Assembly (NCBI GenBank): GCA_964016885.1 | Contig: OZ024760.1 | Span: forward strand, 22,258,001-22,322,000 | Direction: 5' to 3' | DNA from: Eledone cirrhosa | Taxonomy: Eukaryota | Length of the DNA stretch: 64,000 bases | Shown here: positions 1 to 14,279 of the stretch, one piece after another | How the letters are laid out: each line of letters opens with the position of its first letter | Position numbering within the stretch: position 1 is the stretch's first letter | Made by a program: the position numbers and the translations under genes | Notes under the pieces: generated by a model | Database searches by the model: none | What the model was told of the DNA's origin: nothing | The model's input: the letters and a program-made list of their open reading frames with translations, nothing else

Positions 1-2070
1 ACTACCATCTCTACCACCACCATCACCACATTCTCCACCACCAACATCCCCCCACTACCATCTCCCCACCACTACCACCACCACCACCACTATCATCACT
101 ACCACCACCACCACTACTACCACCACCCCACCACCACCAACACCACCGCCACCATCACCACCTACCTTCCCACATGTATCTCACCATGACCAAATTTCTA
201 CATAAATTGGAAACACATGAAAAGTTAAAGCTTTTAATACAAAACCGGTGAAGCAATGTGGTGGTGGTGGTGGTGGTGTTGTTGTTGGTGGTGGTGTTGT
301 TGGTAGTGTTGGTGTGGCTGGTCGTGGTGGTGTTAGTGGTGATGGTGATGTTGGTGTTACTGGTGAAGGTGATAGCAGTGGTGGTGGTGATGATGGCGGC
401 GGAAGTGTTGGTGGTGGTCCTGAGGCAGTGTTGTTGTTGTTGGTTGTGTTGTAGTGGTGTTGGTGCTGATGGTCTTAATGGTGATGGTGGTTGTGGTGTT
501 GGCAGTGGTGTTGGTGTTAGCAGTGGTGGTGGTGGTGGTGGTAGTGGTGTTGGTCGTGGTGTTGGTGGTGGTGATGGTAGTGGTGCTAGTAGTGGTGGTA
601 GTGGTGCTGGTGGTAGTGGTGGTGTTGGTAGTGGTGATGGTAGTGTTGTTGTTGGTGGTGGTTGTGCTGATGGTGCTAATAGTGTTGGTGATGGTGGTGG
701 TGTTGTTGTTGGTGGTGGTGGTGGTGGTGTTGTTGGCAGTGGTGGTGGTGGTGTCGTTAATGGTGTTGGTGGGGGGTGTTGTTGTTGTTGGCGGCGGTGG
801 TGTTTGTGGTGGCGCGAGGGTTGGTGGAGGCGGTGGCGTTAATTGCGTTAGTGTTGGTGGTGATCATGGTGGTGGTGTTGGTGGTGTTGGCGTTGGTGGT
901 GATTTTGGTGGTGTTGGTGGGGTGCTGTTGGTGGTGGTGGTGTTGGTGGTGGCCTTAGTGGCGGTAGTGGGATTTTGGCGTTCGTATTGGTGTTGATGGT
1001 CGTGGTGTTGCTATTGGTAGTGGTGGGAGTGGTGTTAGTGCTGGAAGTGATGGTGATACTGGTGTTGTTGTTAGTGTTGGTGTTGATGGTGATTGTGGTG
1101 GTGTTATTAGTGATGGTGGTGTGGTGTGGTGTTTGTGTTGGTGGTGGTGGTGTGATGTTGGTAAAAAATGGCGCGGAGGTGTCATGCTGTTGGTGATGGC
1201 GGTGAGGTGTCTGTATTGGTGTGTGTGGTATTACTGGTGGTGGTGATAATGGTGGTGTTAGTGTTGGTGGTGCTGGTAGTGGTGCTGGTAGTGGTGCAGG
1301 TAGTGGTGATGGTTGTGGTGTTGGTGTTAGTGTTGGTGGTGCTGGTAGTGGTGCTGGTAGTGGTGCTGGTAGTGGTGATGGTTGTGGTGTTGGTGTTAGT
1401 GTTGGTGGTGCTGGTAGTGGTGCTGGTAGTGGTGCTGGTAGTGGTGCAGGTAGTGGTGATGGTTGTGGTGTTGGTGTTAGTGTTGGTGGAGATGGTGGTG
1501 CTGGTAGTGGTGATGGTTGTGGTGTTGGTGTTAGTGGTTGTGGTGATAGTGCTGGTGATGGTGTTGATGTTATTGATGGTGGTGATGCTCGTGAGATGTT
1601 CACAATGGTGGTGTGGTGGTTATGGTGATGGTGGTAGTATTGTATTGTTGTTGATGGTGGTGTGATGTCTCTTCGTAATGGTGGGTGTGGCGTGGTGTTC
1701 GTGTGTGTGATGCTTTTGGTCATAATGGTATGATGTGATGTTGGTGGTGATGGTGGCTGTGGTGTTGGTGGCGAGCGGCTGTTGGTGGTGGGGATGTGAT
1801 GTTGGTGGATATGGTGGGTGTGGTGTTGGTGGTGAGCGGCTGTTGGTGGTGGGGATGTGATGTTGGTGGATATGGTGGGTGTGGTGTTGGTGGCGAGCGG
1901 CTGTTGGTGGTGGGGATGTGATGTTGTTTGTAATGGTGGGTGTAGTGTTGGTGGAAATTCCAGTGATGGTGGTGTGACGTTGTTGGTTATGGTGGGGGCG
2001 GTGTGGATGTTGTTTATAGTTGTATGGTGGTGATAGCGATATTGGTGGCGATGGTAGTGGTTGGTGCAAG
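1..2070. repeat. Low-complexity (ACC)n then (GGT/GTT)n trinucleotide-derived region with internal ~60-80 bp duplications
   Basis: ACC-rich at 1-170 and GGT-rich at 258-2070. Repeated blocks such as gtggtgctggtagtggtgatggttgtggtgttggtgttagtgttg occur at 1255-1540. The ORFs here are poly-V/G/P artefacts. Confidence 0.9.
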
Positions 2071-2259
2071 TGCTGATAAAGAAGAAGAAGAAGAAGAAGG
2101 TGAAGAAGAAGACGAAGACGAAGGCGAAGGCGAAGAAAAAGAAGTAGAAGTATTGTGCATGTGAAACTCCAGAGTAACAGAGTTCACAACTTAGCCATAA
2201 CAAGAAATATTCATACTCTACTTCGGTATTGAGTACTATTTCTCACTCCCGACAATATA

Positions 2260-2363
<104 letters not shown>

Positions 2364-2446
2364 TACACCACACACACACACTTATATATATTCATTTATG
2401 TACATATATATATATATATTTATTTGTATATATATATATATATTTA

Positions 2447-2477
<31 letters not shown>

Positions 2478-3199
2478 TACGTTTGTATGATTGAGAGGGG
2501 GGAAAGAGAAAATGAGAGAGAGAGAGATAGATAGAGGGATAGAGGGAGACAGAGAGATAAGACAAGAGATGGAAGTGAAGCAGAGATGGTGTACGAGATT
2601 TTTTTCTTTATTAACAATTGTAATTTCGCTGTGTTTGGCGCCATATACAAAAATGAAAAAAATGAATCTAGTTCAACAAACACACATTAAAAAAGAACAA
2701 CCAAAGAATGAAACAAACAAATAGAAGCAGAAAACAAAGAGAACCAATAAAACGGAAACAATGATAAAGATACAAAAAGACAGAAGAAAATAAAGGGAGA
2801 TAACGCAACAAAAAACTTAATAATAATATACAAGCGAACAAAAGGAAAAAGGCAACATGGCCGTCAAATCTATTTGAATAGAGTCTAACAATGTGAACTA
2901 ATCACAACTTAAGTGTCAAACTGATGGCGGATTTAGAATTACAAATGTAGAAAGGAAACAATCTCAACATAACACATGTGGGGCTGTGTGTGTATGTGTG
3001 GGGGGTGGGGTGGGCGGGGGTGGGGACGGCTGTGTGTGTGTTGGGCTGTGTGTGTGTGTGTGGCTGTGTGTTGGGCTGTGTGTGTGTGCGTGTGGCTGTG
3101 TGTGTGTGGCTGTGTGTGTGTGTGGCTGTGTGTGTGTGTGTGTGTGTGTGTGGCTGTGTGCGTGTGGCTGTAGGTGTGTGGCTGTAGGTGTGTGTGTGG

Positions 3200-3233
<34 letters not shown>

Positions 3234-3327
3234 CTGTGTGCGTGTGGCTGTAGGTGTGTGGCTGTAGGTGTGTGTGTGGCTGTGTGTGTGTGTGTGTCTG
3301 TGTGTGTGTCTGAGTGTGTGTGTGTGG

Positions 3328-3360
<33 letters not shown>

Positions 3361-3499
3361 AAGATGTATATATATATATATATGTGTGAGTGTGATGTGT
3401 GTGTATATGTGTTAGCCTGTGTGTAGATGTATATATATGTGTGTATATATGTGTGTGTATATATGTGTGTGTATATATGTGTGTGTCTGTATGTAGATG

Positions 3500-3541
<42 letters not shown>

Positions 3542-3716
3542 TTTGTGGCTGTGCATAGATGTATATATGTATGTATTTATACGTGTGTATAAATGTGTGT
3601 CTATAAAATGTGTATATATTTGTGTCGGTCTGCGTAGTGGTTATGTTTATACGTGTATATATGTGGGTTTGCGTGGTGGTTGTGTGTATACATATATTTT
3701 CTTCTACATTCCATAT

Positions 3717-3749
<33 letters not shown>

Positions 3750-3782
3750 TATATACATGCGTGTGGGTGTGCGTTCGGTGAC

Positions 3783-3816
<34 letters not shown>

Positions 3817-4207
3817 CATGTGCGTATTTATTTGTGTAAGTATATATATACACACATGTATGTATGTATTTATGTAAGTACATATATATATATATACACA
3901 TGTATGTATGTATTTATGTAAGTATATATATATATATATATACTTACACATATTCACACACGTGTGTGTATGTATGTTTACGCCCCCCCCCCCACACATG
4001 TACACACATGTATATGTATGTATGCAAATATAATTATAATATTCGTGTAGGCATCCAAAGGAAAATTTCTAATAAAGGCTTTTCACGAAAATTCGAAAAT
4101 ATAATAAAACATAGAAATGGTGGAATCGAAACAACGAAACGAAATAAAAGTCGAGACACAAAACATTCCAGCGAATATACAATTGAGAAATCAAAATGTA
4201 TTATTGG

Positions 4208-4850
<643 letters not shown>

Positions 4851-5094
4851 CAAACAGGTTATAACTCTTTCAACACCAAAATAAACTACATGGCAAAAAC
4901 ACAACAATATCAGCCAATATAAACACAAACAGTGATAATACATAGACATAAAGTATAAAGATAATCATATGTCATAGGTTATATAAAGTAAGATTTTTAT
5001 ATTGTGAAATTGGTTAGATTTCACTGCAGACGGAAGGAAATTAATTGAAACTAAAAGTAAAATATGTTTCCTGTATAATTATTAATCATACTAT

Positions 5095-5530
5095 AATATA
5101 AGTATGTATACGTACATACATATATGTATACAGACGTACAGTAGTATGTATATATATATATATATACATACATGTACACATATATATATATGTACGTATG
5201 GATTCACCGAACATTTATTATAATGCTCGGTGTGTTTAACCATCTGGCAGGAAGGTATACGTTGCTGACGATAGCTAATAAGCTTGAAACTAGTACAGCG
5301 TTCCTCTGTCAGTGTTGAACAAATGAGCAACGATGGTTGCTAGACACTGTACGGCTTAATTCGGGATGTTTGTTTACAAACACACCGAGCATTATAATAA
5401 ATGTTTGGTGAACCCATACGTACATATATATATGTGTGCATGTATGTATATATGTATATATATATATATATATATACATACTACTCTACGTCTGTATACA
5501 TATATGTATGTACGTATACATACTTATATT
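5095..5530. mobile_element. Inverted-repeat cassette (arms ~5095-5237 and ~5378-5530) with a hammerhead ribozyme in the spacer
   Basis: The arms are reverse complements (catttattataatgctcggtgtgttt / aaacacaccgagcattataataaatg). Related arm sequence recurs at 19495-20130. Confidence 0.8.
5259..5301 (+). ncRNA. Type I hammerhead ribozyme (minimal palindromic stem III)
   Basis: acgttg-CTGACGA(5265)-t-agct-aata-agct-t-GAAA(5286)-ctag-TA^-cagcgt. Stem I is acgttg/cagcgt, extended by ctggcag/ctgtcag. Confidence 0.85.
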
Positions 5531-5740
5531 TAAGTAACAGCCGTACTAAGAGTGAGAAATGAAATTTCGTTTCATTTTTTTTCCGTTTATTAAACATACT
5601 ATTATGCTCTAACAGAAATAAATAAGAGTTCGTCGAAAAGGGAGATAATTAGGTTTGAGTCAATCGATAATTGAATAGTGTTAGGATAGGTATATTGGTT
5701 AGATTTTGCCGCTGCTACTAATGATGATGATGATGATGAT

Positions 5741-5920
5741 GCCGGGAAGAGCAGGCAATTTTCCTCTGTCTGGGGCGATCAAAAGCTGCTATGGACAGAT
5801 GGAGCTACAAGACCGGGGCCCAACCATCTGCGAATGCGGAGAGAAGGACCATACGATGCAGCACCGCCTTGTTTGCCCTTAACTACCCTACCAGTGCAGC
5901 TTAAAAGATCTCGCAGAATT
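5741..5920 (+). mobile_element. 3' remnant of a Vingi/Ingi-like non-LTR retrotransposon (C-terminal CCHC knuckle)
   Basis: Translates, with a frameshift and a stop, to ..AMDRWSYKTG/PTICECGEKDHTMQHRLVCP*LPYQCSLKDLAE, matching the CxCG..TMxH...CP..C...DL pattern of these LINE C-termini. Confidence 0.65.
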
Positions 5921-6107
5921 TAATAATTGTTTCTACTTTTGGCACAAGGCCAGCAATTACCCAGTGCATTACTGCTACTTTATTTTATCGACCCCGTAAG
6001 TATGAAAGGCAAAGTCAACCTCGGCGGGATTTGAACTCAGATCGTTAAGGGACGTAACTATCCTGGAAAGCATGGCGTCCGACCCTCTAACGATACTGCC
6101 AATCCAA
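5921..6107 (-). mobile_element. tRNA-derived SINE family A (octopus-type, Meta-domain-like core)
   Basis: The reverse strand has B-box GAGTTCAAATCC, core gcctttcat..ggggtcgataaaataaagta and tail ggccttgtgccaaaagtagaaac. More than 25 copies or fragments occur in the window. Confidence 0.85.
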
Positions 6108-6175
6108 TGCAAAGGACTGTAAAGAAATGGGAAACTGTCATATAACCACATGATTCGAAGATACGAAAAGAAGGG

Positions 6176-6626
6176 GAAGCAAAAGAGGTTGTGTGGTGGA
6201 CGTGACTGAAAGGTCTGAAGACAGACACTTTCTTCTTCAGCCAAGCCCTCGTCAACTTTTTAAAGTTCCACTTGGAAAGGAAGATAAAGGTGGAGAGAGA
6301 ATTGCTGCCCCGGCCTCAGATCATTTTTTAAAAGGTGGGTGATTGCTGCGAGGATGGCCCGTGTGAAGGGTCCACTCTGATCATGCGCTTGTAGGCTGGA
6401 AGGATGGAGAGAGGGTGGGTTGGGATTTGGGGGGAGGGGTTCCTAACATCATCCATGGGTAGTCTGCCCCCCTCCCCCACCTATTGGGGAATTCTGTTGT
6501 TGATATTCTTTGTTAATTATTGTTTATAGTTTTTACTCGATTATATGTAAACCCCCATTGTCCCCTTTGTCCCTTGTCTTTGTACTGTCCTTTATGTTTG
6601 GACCTTGTGGTCAATAATAAAGAAAT
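6176..6626 (+). mobile_element. 5'-truncated Tx1/L1-clade LINE 3' end (ORF2 C-terminus plus 3' UTR)
   Basis: Degenerate frame AKEVVWWT*LKGLKTDTFFFSQALVNFLKFHLERKIKVERELL..KRWVIAARMARVK, then a T-rich 3' UTR ending cttgtggtcaataataaagaaa like the other LINE tails in the window. Confidence 0.65.
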
Positions 6627-6629
6627 TAT

Positions 6630-6930
6630 ATCCCGCCGAAGTTAACTTTGCCTTTCATCCTTACGGGGTCGATAAAATAAAGTACCAGTAATGTACTGGG
6701 TAATTGCTGGCCTTGTGCCAAAAGTAGAAACTCTGGCGGTGAATTGACAATATCGGCAGAGAGTTGGACGCCATGTTTTGACGCATAGAGTTACGGCCCT
6801 TCCCATTATGAGTTCAAATCCTGCCGAGGTTAACTTGGCCTTTCATCATCGCGGGGTCGATAAAATAAAGTACCAGTAATGTACTGGGATAATTGCTGGC
6901 CTTGTGCCAAAAAGTAGAAACAATTATTAA
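6630..6930 (+). mobile_element. Two SINE family A copies (one partial)
   Basis: Same core and tail as the 5921 copy, in the opposite orientation. Confidence 0.85.
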
Positions 6931-7390
6931 GTTGGTGATAATGATGATATTTCTGTCTCTGATGTCACCATTATTCTCTATGTTGCTATTAATAAATATC
7001 ACTCCCACATAAATTTCATTTCTTTCTCATTCACTAAGCCCGCCCCCTCTATCTCTCTCTTTCTACCTCTCTCCCTGTCTCTGCCCCCCCCTTCCCTTCT
7101 CTCTCTCACACACATATTTGTTTCAGCAATTTAATCCCCTCCCACCCTCACCTAAACAATCATTAGTTCCATAAAACTCTCCCTCAACATTTTTTTCCTT
7201 TCAATTTCGATTTCACCAACGTTATCAAATAACTGTGAAATAGCAGACGACACGAATAACAGATGAGGCCAGAGCCAGAGTCGAACAGACGACACGCATA
7301 CACATACATACATACATACATACATACATACATACATACATACATACATACATACATACATACATACATACATACATACATGTGTGTATT

Positions 7391-7440
<50 letters not shown>

Positions 7441-8157
7441 GACGACACCAATAACGGATGAGGTCAGAACAGAACAGACTACACACGCATATGCATACAT
7501 ACATACATATATATACATACATACATACATACATACATACATACATACATACATACATGTGTGAGTGTATATATATATGAAATATCAGATGACACCTATA
7601 ACAGATGAGACAAGAACCAGAGCCGAACAGACGAAAAACATACATACATACATAATACATACATACATACAGTGAAACACACCCATAAACAGTAACAAAC
7701 ACACACACACGTATACCCATTCCTATACAGAGTAACACTCACATACACACGCATAGCCATACACATACAAGATGACCCTTACACATACACATGCATAGTT
7801 ATACACACACATACACACACAAACAAATACAACAAAGATTCACAACAAATATGCAAAGCAAATAAAAAAAAAGGCGAAAGATAGAAGCAGGAAAAAAAAT
7901 TGATAACAAAGATAGAGAATTGGAAGTAAAATATATATGTTGGTGTATACACAAACATACATGTATGTATATATATACGTAAGTATATATATATATTTAT
8001 TAAAATAACAGATTAAAGTTTAAGCAAAGAATCGTTGCTTTTACACTTAATGGGATCTTCTGAAACTAAAATATTTGCTCTACGGTTCTTATATATTTGA
8101 TATATATTTATCCTTATCGAGCCCTCTTTGGATTTTAGTCTTCAAATTTATTATTAT

Positions 8158-8197
<40 letters not shown>

Positions 8198-8263
8198 CTG
8201 TATATATATATATATATGTATCTGTATATATATATATATATATATATGTATCTGTATATATAT

Positions 8264-8297
<34 letters not shown>

Positions 8298-8407
8298 ATA
8301 TGTATCTGTATATATATATATATATGTATCTGTATATATATATATATATGTATCTGTATATATATATATATATATATATGTATCTGTATATATATATATA
8401 TGTATCT

Positions 8408-8445
<38 letters not shown>

Positions 8446-8448
8446 GTA

Positions 8449-8502
<54 letters not shown>

Positions 8503-8510
8503 TATATGTA

Positions 8511-8675
<165 letters not shown>

Positions 8676-8726
8676 CCAAATTATAAACGTAAACATTTAA
8701 GTATGTTTTTGAAACGCGAGTTTGAA

Positions 8727-8937
8727 ATTAGAAATTAGAAATTATAAGCTTTCACCGTATTTTAGACTAAAGAAATTTCTAGCCTGATAGTGGGGTTTAT
8801 AACCCTCGGAGAAACTCATAATAACTCTCGGCAACACTCATCTTTTTCTATTTCTCCGAGGGTTATAAACCCCACTATCAGGCTAGAAATTTCTTTAGTC
8901 TAAAATACGGTGAAAGCTTATAATTTCTAATTTCTAA

Positions 8938-8938
<1 letters not shown>
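8727..8938. repeat. Perfect inverted repeat, 88-bp arms, 36-nt spacer
   Basis: 8727-8814 is the reverse complement of 8851-8938; it lies between (TA)n and (TATG)n tracts. Confidence 0.95.
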
Positions 8939-8973
<35 letters not shown>

Positions 8974-9139
8974 TGTATGTATGTATGTATGTATGTATGT
9001 ATGTATGTATGTATGTATGTATGTATGTATGTATGTATGTATATATATATGTATATATGTATGGATACACACACTCACACACACACATATATATATATAT
9101 ATACACATACACACATATATATATGCATCAAACAGGGCC

Positions 9140-11230
9140 GTAACAACTTCTAGAAAATGCAGATGTAAAATATTTTACTAAAATATTCATTCAAACACTA
9201 GAAAGTCACATTATACCAGAGACGTCACAACTTCCATAAAATGGCGCACGGAAAAAATTATCTTGTCATATTCATTCAAAATCTACAAAGTTACATTAAA
9301 CCAAAGACGTTACAACTACCACTAAATGGCGCCTGTAGAAAATTATCTTGAAATATTCATTCAAAATGTACAAACCGCATCTACCAGAGACGTCACAACT
9401 TCCACAAGATTCAAGATGTAAAAATGTATGTTCAAATGTCTATTGAAACTCTATAAAACCACATCATATAAAAGACGTTACGACATCTACAAGATTGCAG
9501 ATGTAAAAATTTATATAGAAATGTCCATTAAAAATCTACAAAGTCACATCTAACATAGACATCGCAACTTCTAGAAGATGCAGATGTAAAATATTTCACT
9601 AAAATATCCATTCAAAATCTACAAAGTAATATCTACCAGAGACATCACAATTCCCATAAAATGGCGCATGGAGAAAATTATCTTGAAATATTTATTCAAA
9701 ATATACGAAGTCACATTATACCAGAGACGTCACAACTTCCATAAAATAGATGTAAAAAAATATATTTAAATGACCATTCAAAATCTACAAAGCTACATCA
9801 TACAAGAGACCTCACCACTTATACAAGATTGCACATCTAAACAAGTAAGTTGAAATACCTATTCAAACTCTACAAAGCCACATCTAACAGATTCGTCACC
9901 ATTTCCACAAGATTGCATGTCTATAAATGTATATTGAAATATCTATTCAAACTCTGCAAAGTTACATCATAGAAGAGATCTTACGACTTCTAAAAGATTG
10001 CAGTTGTAACCACATCGACCAGAGACGTCACAACTTCCACAAGATTCCAGATGTATAAATGTATATTGAAATGTCCAGTGAAACTCTACAAAGTTACATC
10101 ATATAAGAGACGTCACGACTTCTACAAGATTCCAGATGTATAAATGTATGTTGAAATATCCAGTGAAACTCTACAAAGTTACATCATATAAGAGGCGTCA
10201 CGACTTCTACAAGATTCCAGATGTATAAATGTATGTTGAAATATCCAGTGAAACTCTACAAAGTTGCATCATATAAGAGACGTCACGACTTATACAAGAT
10301 TCCAGATGTATAAATGTATGTTGAAATGTCCAGTGAAACTCTACAAAGTTACATCATATAAGAGACGTCACGACTTCTACAAGATTCCAGATGTATAAAT
10401 GTATGTTGAAATGTCCAGTGAAACTCTACAAAGTTGCATCATATAAGAGACGTCACGACTTCTACAAGATTCCAGATGTATAAATGTATGTTGAAATGTC
10501 CAGTGAAACTCTACAAAGTTACATCATATAAGAGACGTCACGACTTCTACAAGATTCCAGATGTATAAATGTATGTTGAAATGTCCAGTGAAACTCTACA
10601 AAGTTACATCATATAAGAGACGTCACGACTTCTACAAGATTCCAGATGTATAAATGTATATTGAAATGTCCAGTGAAACTCTACAAAGTTACATCATATA
10701 AGAGACGTCACGACTTCTACAAGATTCCAGATGTATAAATGTATGTTGAAATGTCCAGTGAAACTCTACAAAGTTACATCATATAAGAGACGTCACGACT
10801 TCTACAAGATTCCAGATGTATAAATGTATGTTGAAATGTCCAGTGAAACTCTACAAAGTTACATCATATAAGAGACGTCACGACTTCTACAAGATTCCAG
10901 ATGTATAAATGTATGTTGAAATGTCCAGTGAAACTCTACAAAGTTACATCATATAAGAGACGTCACGACTTCTACAAGATTCCAGATGTATAAATGTTGT
11001 TGAAATATCCAGTGAAACTCTACAAAGTTACATCATATAAGAGACGTCACGACTTCTACAAGATTGCAGATGTATTTATATAGAAATATCCATTAAAAAT
11101 TTACAAAGCAACATCTTGCCGAGACGTCACAACTTCTAAAAGATGGTAGACGTAGAAAATTATATTGGAACATCGGTTGAAGAATCCGGAAAACCACATT
11201 CACTAGAAGCACCAGCACCTCCATAAGATA
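9140..11230. repeat. 85-bp tandem array, ~24 units, homogeneous core ~10020-11075 with diverged flanks
   Basis: Unit agagacgtcacgacttctacaagattccagatgtataaatgtatgttgaaatgtccagtgaaactctacaaagttacatcatata; cgtcac recurs at 10111, 10196, 10281. Confidence 0.95.
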
Positions 11231-11543
11231 GACATAGATACCCTTGAAATAAAGCATTCTTCTTTTGGAAAATGGTGCATGGCCAAAAGGGTTAATTTAA
11301 AACATCATTATAAACTTTTCCTTCGTCATCGAAAGCGTAAGAAATAAAAGTACTTCGTTGCTAAAGATTACAAAACGGAAATGTCTACATATATACATAC
11401 ATACATACATACATACATACAGACATACATAAAGACAGACAGACATACACAAGTACATACATACATACCTACATACATTAATAAATACATGCTCGTATAC
11501 ATATAAACACATTCATATCCGGACACACATATATGTATGTAAG

Positions 11544-11612
<69 letters not shown>

Positions 11613-11674
11613 TACAAATGGGCGCACTCACATATAAACTCACACATGCATATATGCATGCATATGTACATATG

Positions 11675-11720
<46 letters not shown>

Positions 11721-12280
11721 TGCACCGATAAAGGGACAGATAGATATATGGAGAGACATATTGATGTGTAGATAGTTTTTCCCCTCGACCATTATAATTG
11801 CAAATGGCGGATGTGGCAGGGGAATTAACTGTGATATCCTATAGAAACTATTAAATGAACATTTTGCTTGAAACTGTCTCTTTGATCTTGAAGACGTAAT
11901 GAGATTTTTATCTGCCATACTCGCTTCTCTAATACCACTATTTCAATTCAATCTATCACTACCAAACATTCTATAGTATTATAGGGACATGTATATATAT
12001 ATACATACACACACATATATATATACACACACACACATATATATATACACACACAGACATATGTATGTATACACACCCACACGTATATACACACACACAC
12101 ACGCATACACGCGTATACACACACACACGCGTATAGACACACACACACACGTATATATACACACACACACACACGTATATACACACATATACACACACAC
12201 ACATATATACATACACACTCGCATATTTAAATATATACACACACAGATAATCATACATACACACACATATATATATATAT

Positions 12281-13225
12281 GAGACATTATAACCACATGT
12301 CCATAGTATTGGAGCTGTGATCTCTCAATTTAGAGAAGTAACGTCTCTACCTGGAATGAGACTCTGATTTGAGCTACAAATCTGTCCAGCGATTCTTTCC
12401 TGAGACATTATAACCACATGTCCATATTATTGGAGCTGTGATCTCTCAATTTAGAGAAGTAACGTCGCTACCTGGAATGAGACTCTGATCTGAGCTACAA
12501 ATCTGTCCAGCGATTCTTTCCTGAGACATTATAACCACATGTCCATAGTATTGGAGGTGTGATCTCTCAATTCAGAGAAGTAACGTCTCTACTTGGAGTG
12601 AATCTCTGATCTCCGAGCTAAAAATCTGTCCAGCGATTCTTTCCTGAGACATTATAACCACATGTCCATAGTATTGGAGCTGTGATCTCTCAATTTAGAG
12701 AAGTAACGTCTCTACCTGGAATGAGACTCTGATTTGAGCTACAAATCTGTCCAGCGATTCTTTCCTGAGACATTATAACCACATGTCCATAGTATTGGAG
12801 CTGTGATCTCTCAATTTAGAGAAGTAACGTCTCTACTTTGAGTGAATCTCTGATCTTCGAGCTAAAAATCTGTCCAGCGATTCTTTCCTGTAACATTCTA
12901 GCCACATCTCCATAGTATTGGAGCTGTGATCTCTCAATTTAGAGAAGTAGCGGCTCTACCTGGAGTGACTCTCTGATCTGAGATACAAATCTGTCCAGTG
13001 ATTCTTTCCTGTAACATTCTAGCCACATCTCCATAGTATTGGAGCTGTGATCTCTCAATTTAGAGAAGTAGCGGCTCTACCTGGAGTGACTCTCTGATCT
13101 GAGATACAAATCTGTCCAGTGATTCTTTCCTGAGACATTCTAACCACATGTCCATAGTATTGGAGCTGTGATCTCTCAATTTAGAGAAGTAGTGGCTCTA
13201 CCTGGAGCGATTATTTGATCTCCGT
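12281..13225. repeat. 121/123-bp tandem array, ~7.8 units
   Basis: Unit starts at 12281, 12402, 12523, 12646, 12767, 12890, 13011 and 13132. Confidence 0.95.
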
Positions 13226-13430
13226 ACTTGTAAAATTAAGGTGAAAGTAGCTGAGCATTCCTCAGAAAAATATAGCTTTAATGCAGTTCCCAGGAAGATT
13301 CAGCAAGGATGGCTTTTGAATTAAAATAAAACTCACTTGTTCCAGTGTAGTGTAACTAGAGCAATATGGAATAAAATGTCTTGCCCAAGGGGATAATGAA
13401 ATTCATGTCCTCATGATCGAGAGCCGAACA
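13226..13430 (-). mobile_element. Diverged SINE family B fragment
   Basis: gagcaatatggaataaaatgtcttgcccaagg matches the family B core ggagcaacgtgaaataaagtgtcttgctcaagg. Confidence 0.65.
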
Positions 13431-13431
13431 G

Positions 13432-13470
<39 letters not shown>

Positions 13471-13542
13471 AACACGCATATTATGTAGATAAATTTAGTT
13501 CCAGACATAAATATGCCTATTTCCAATCAGTTATCTAGTCCT

Positions 13543-13600
<58 letters not shown>

Positions 13601-13721
13601 GAAGTTATATTTAAATTGTTGGGATACAACGACCAAATATTTTTATAACTGATATAAACAAATTATTGGAGTAAAAATACGATATATTAACAAATGGAAA
13701 CTATATTTATAAAACCATATT

Positions 13722-13786
13722 TATTTCATTATACATATTTCAAGGACACCAAGTCAAATTATGGTGCGCTTTCATCAGATATAATA
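13722..13786 (-). ncRNA. Type I hammerhead ribozyme (mirror copy of 13948)
   Basis: tcatcag at 13772-13778; reverse complement of the 13948-14012 motif. Confidence 0.75.
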
Positions 13787-13947
13787 TAATATAGATAAGT
13801 TTTATAAATAAATATTGACATACCCTTAAAGAATGCGATCATTTCTGTTGGGACCATTTCTGTTTGAAGCTCCCGGAAGCTTCCAACAGAAATGGTCGCA
13901 TTCTTTAAGGGTATGTCAATATTTATTTATAAAACTGATCTATATTA

Positions 13948-14012
13948 TATTTTATCTGATGAAAGCGCACCATAATTTGACTTGGTGTCCTTGAAATATG
14001 TATAATGAAATA
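13948..14012 (+). ncRNA. Type I hammerhead ribozyme
   Basis: tattttat-CTGATGA(13956)-aagcgcacca..tggtgtcctt-GAAA(13993)-t-atgt-a-TA^-atgaaata. Confidence 0.8.
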
Positions 14013-14225
14013 AATATGGTTTTATAAATATAGTTTCCATTTGTTAATATATCGTATATATATATATGTATATTCTCCTTGATAGTTTGTATAATTTTGT
14101 ATATAGATCTTTTGAATATGCATGCCAATTCTAACACATATATGTCCTAGAAACGATCGTTAAATAATGAACTTTTTTTGTTTAATATAAGGAACTGTTT
14201 CTTAGTTTTATTCATTATTTTTTAA

Positions 14226-14279
<54 letters not shown>

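Larger units (their letters stand above)
13677..14057. mobile_element. Palindromic cassette (175-bp arms, 31-nt spacer) with one hammerhead per arm
   Basis: 13677-13851 is the reverse complement of 13883-14057. It is flanked by (TA)n, and family pieces recur at 22836, 23290-23960, 24430-24655 and 57750-57950. Confidence 0.9.

Noticed and set aside
248-2203. Long Gly/Val/Pro-Thr-rich ORFs (e.g. 848..2203)
   Set aside because: They are open in several frames on both strands because GGT/ACC repeats lack stops; there is no domain or splice support.
9140-11230. 85-bp array as a CRISPR or coding repeat
   Set aside because: There are no unique spacers, the period is not a multiple of 3, the context is eukaryotic and no cas genes are present.
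12281-13225. 121-bp units as a 5S rRNA array
   Set aside because: Only the length matches; there is no 5S sequence or internal control region and no spacers.
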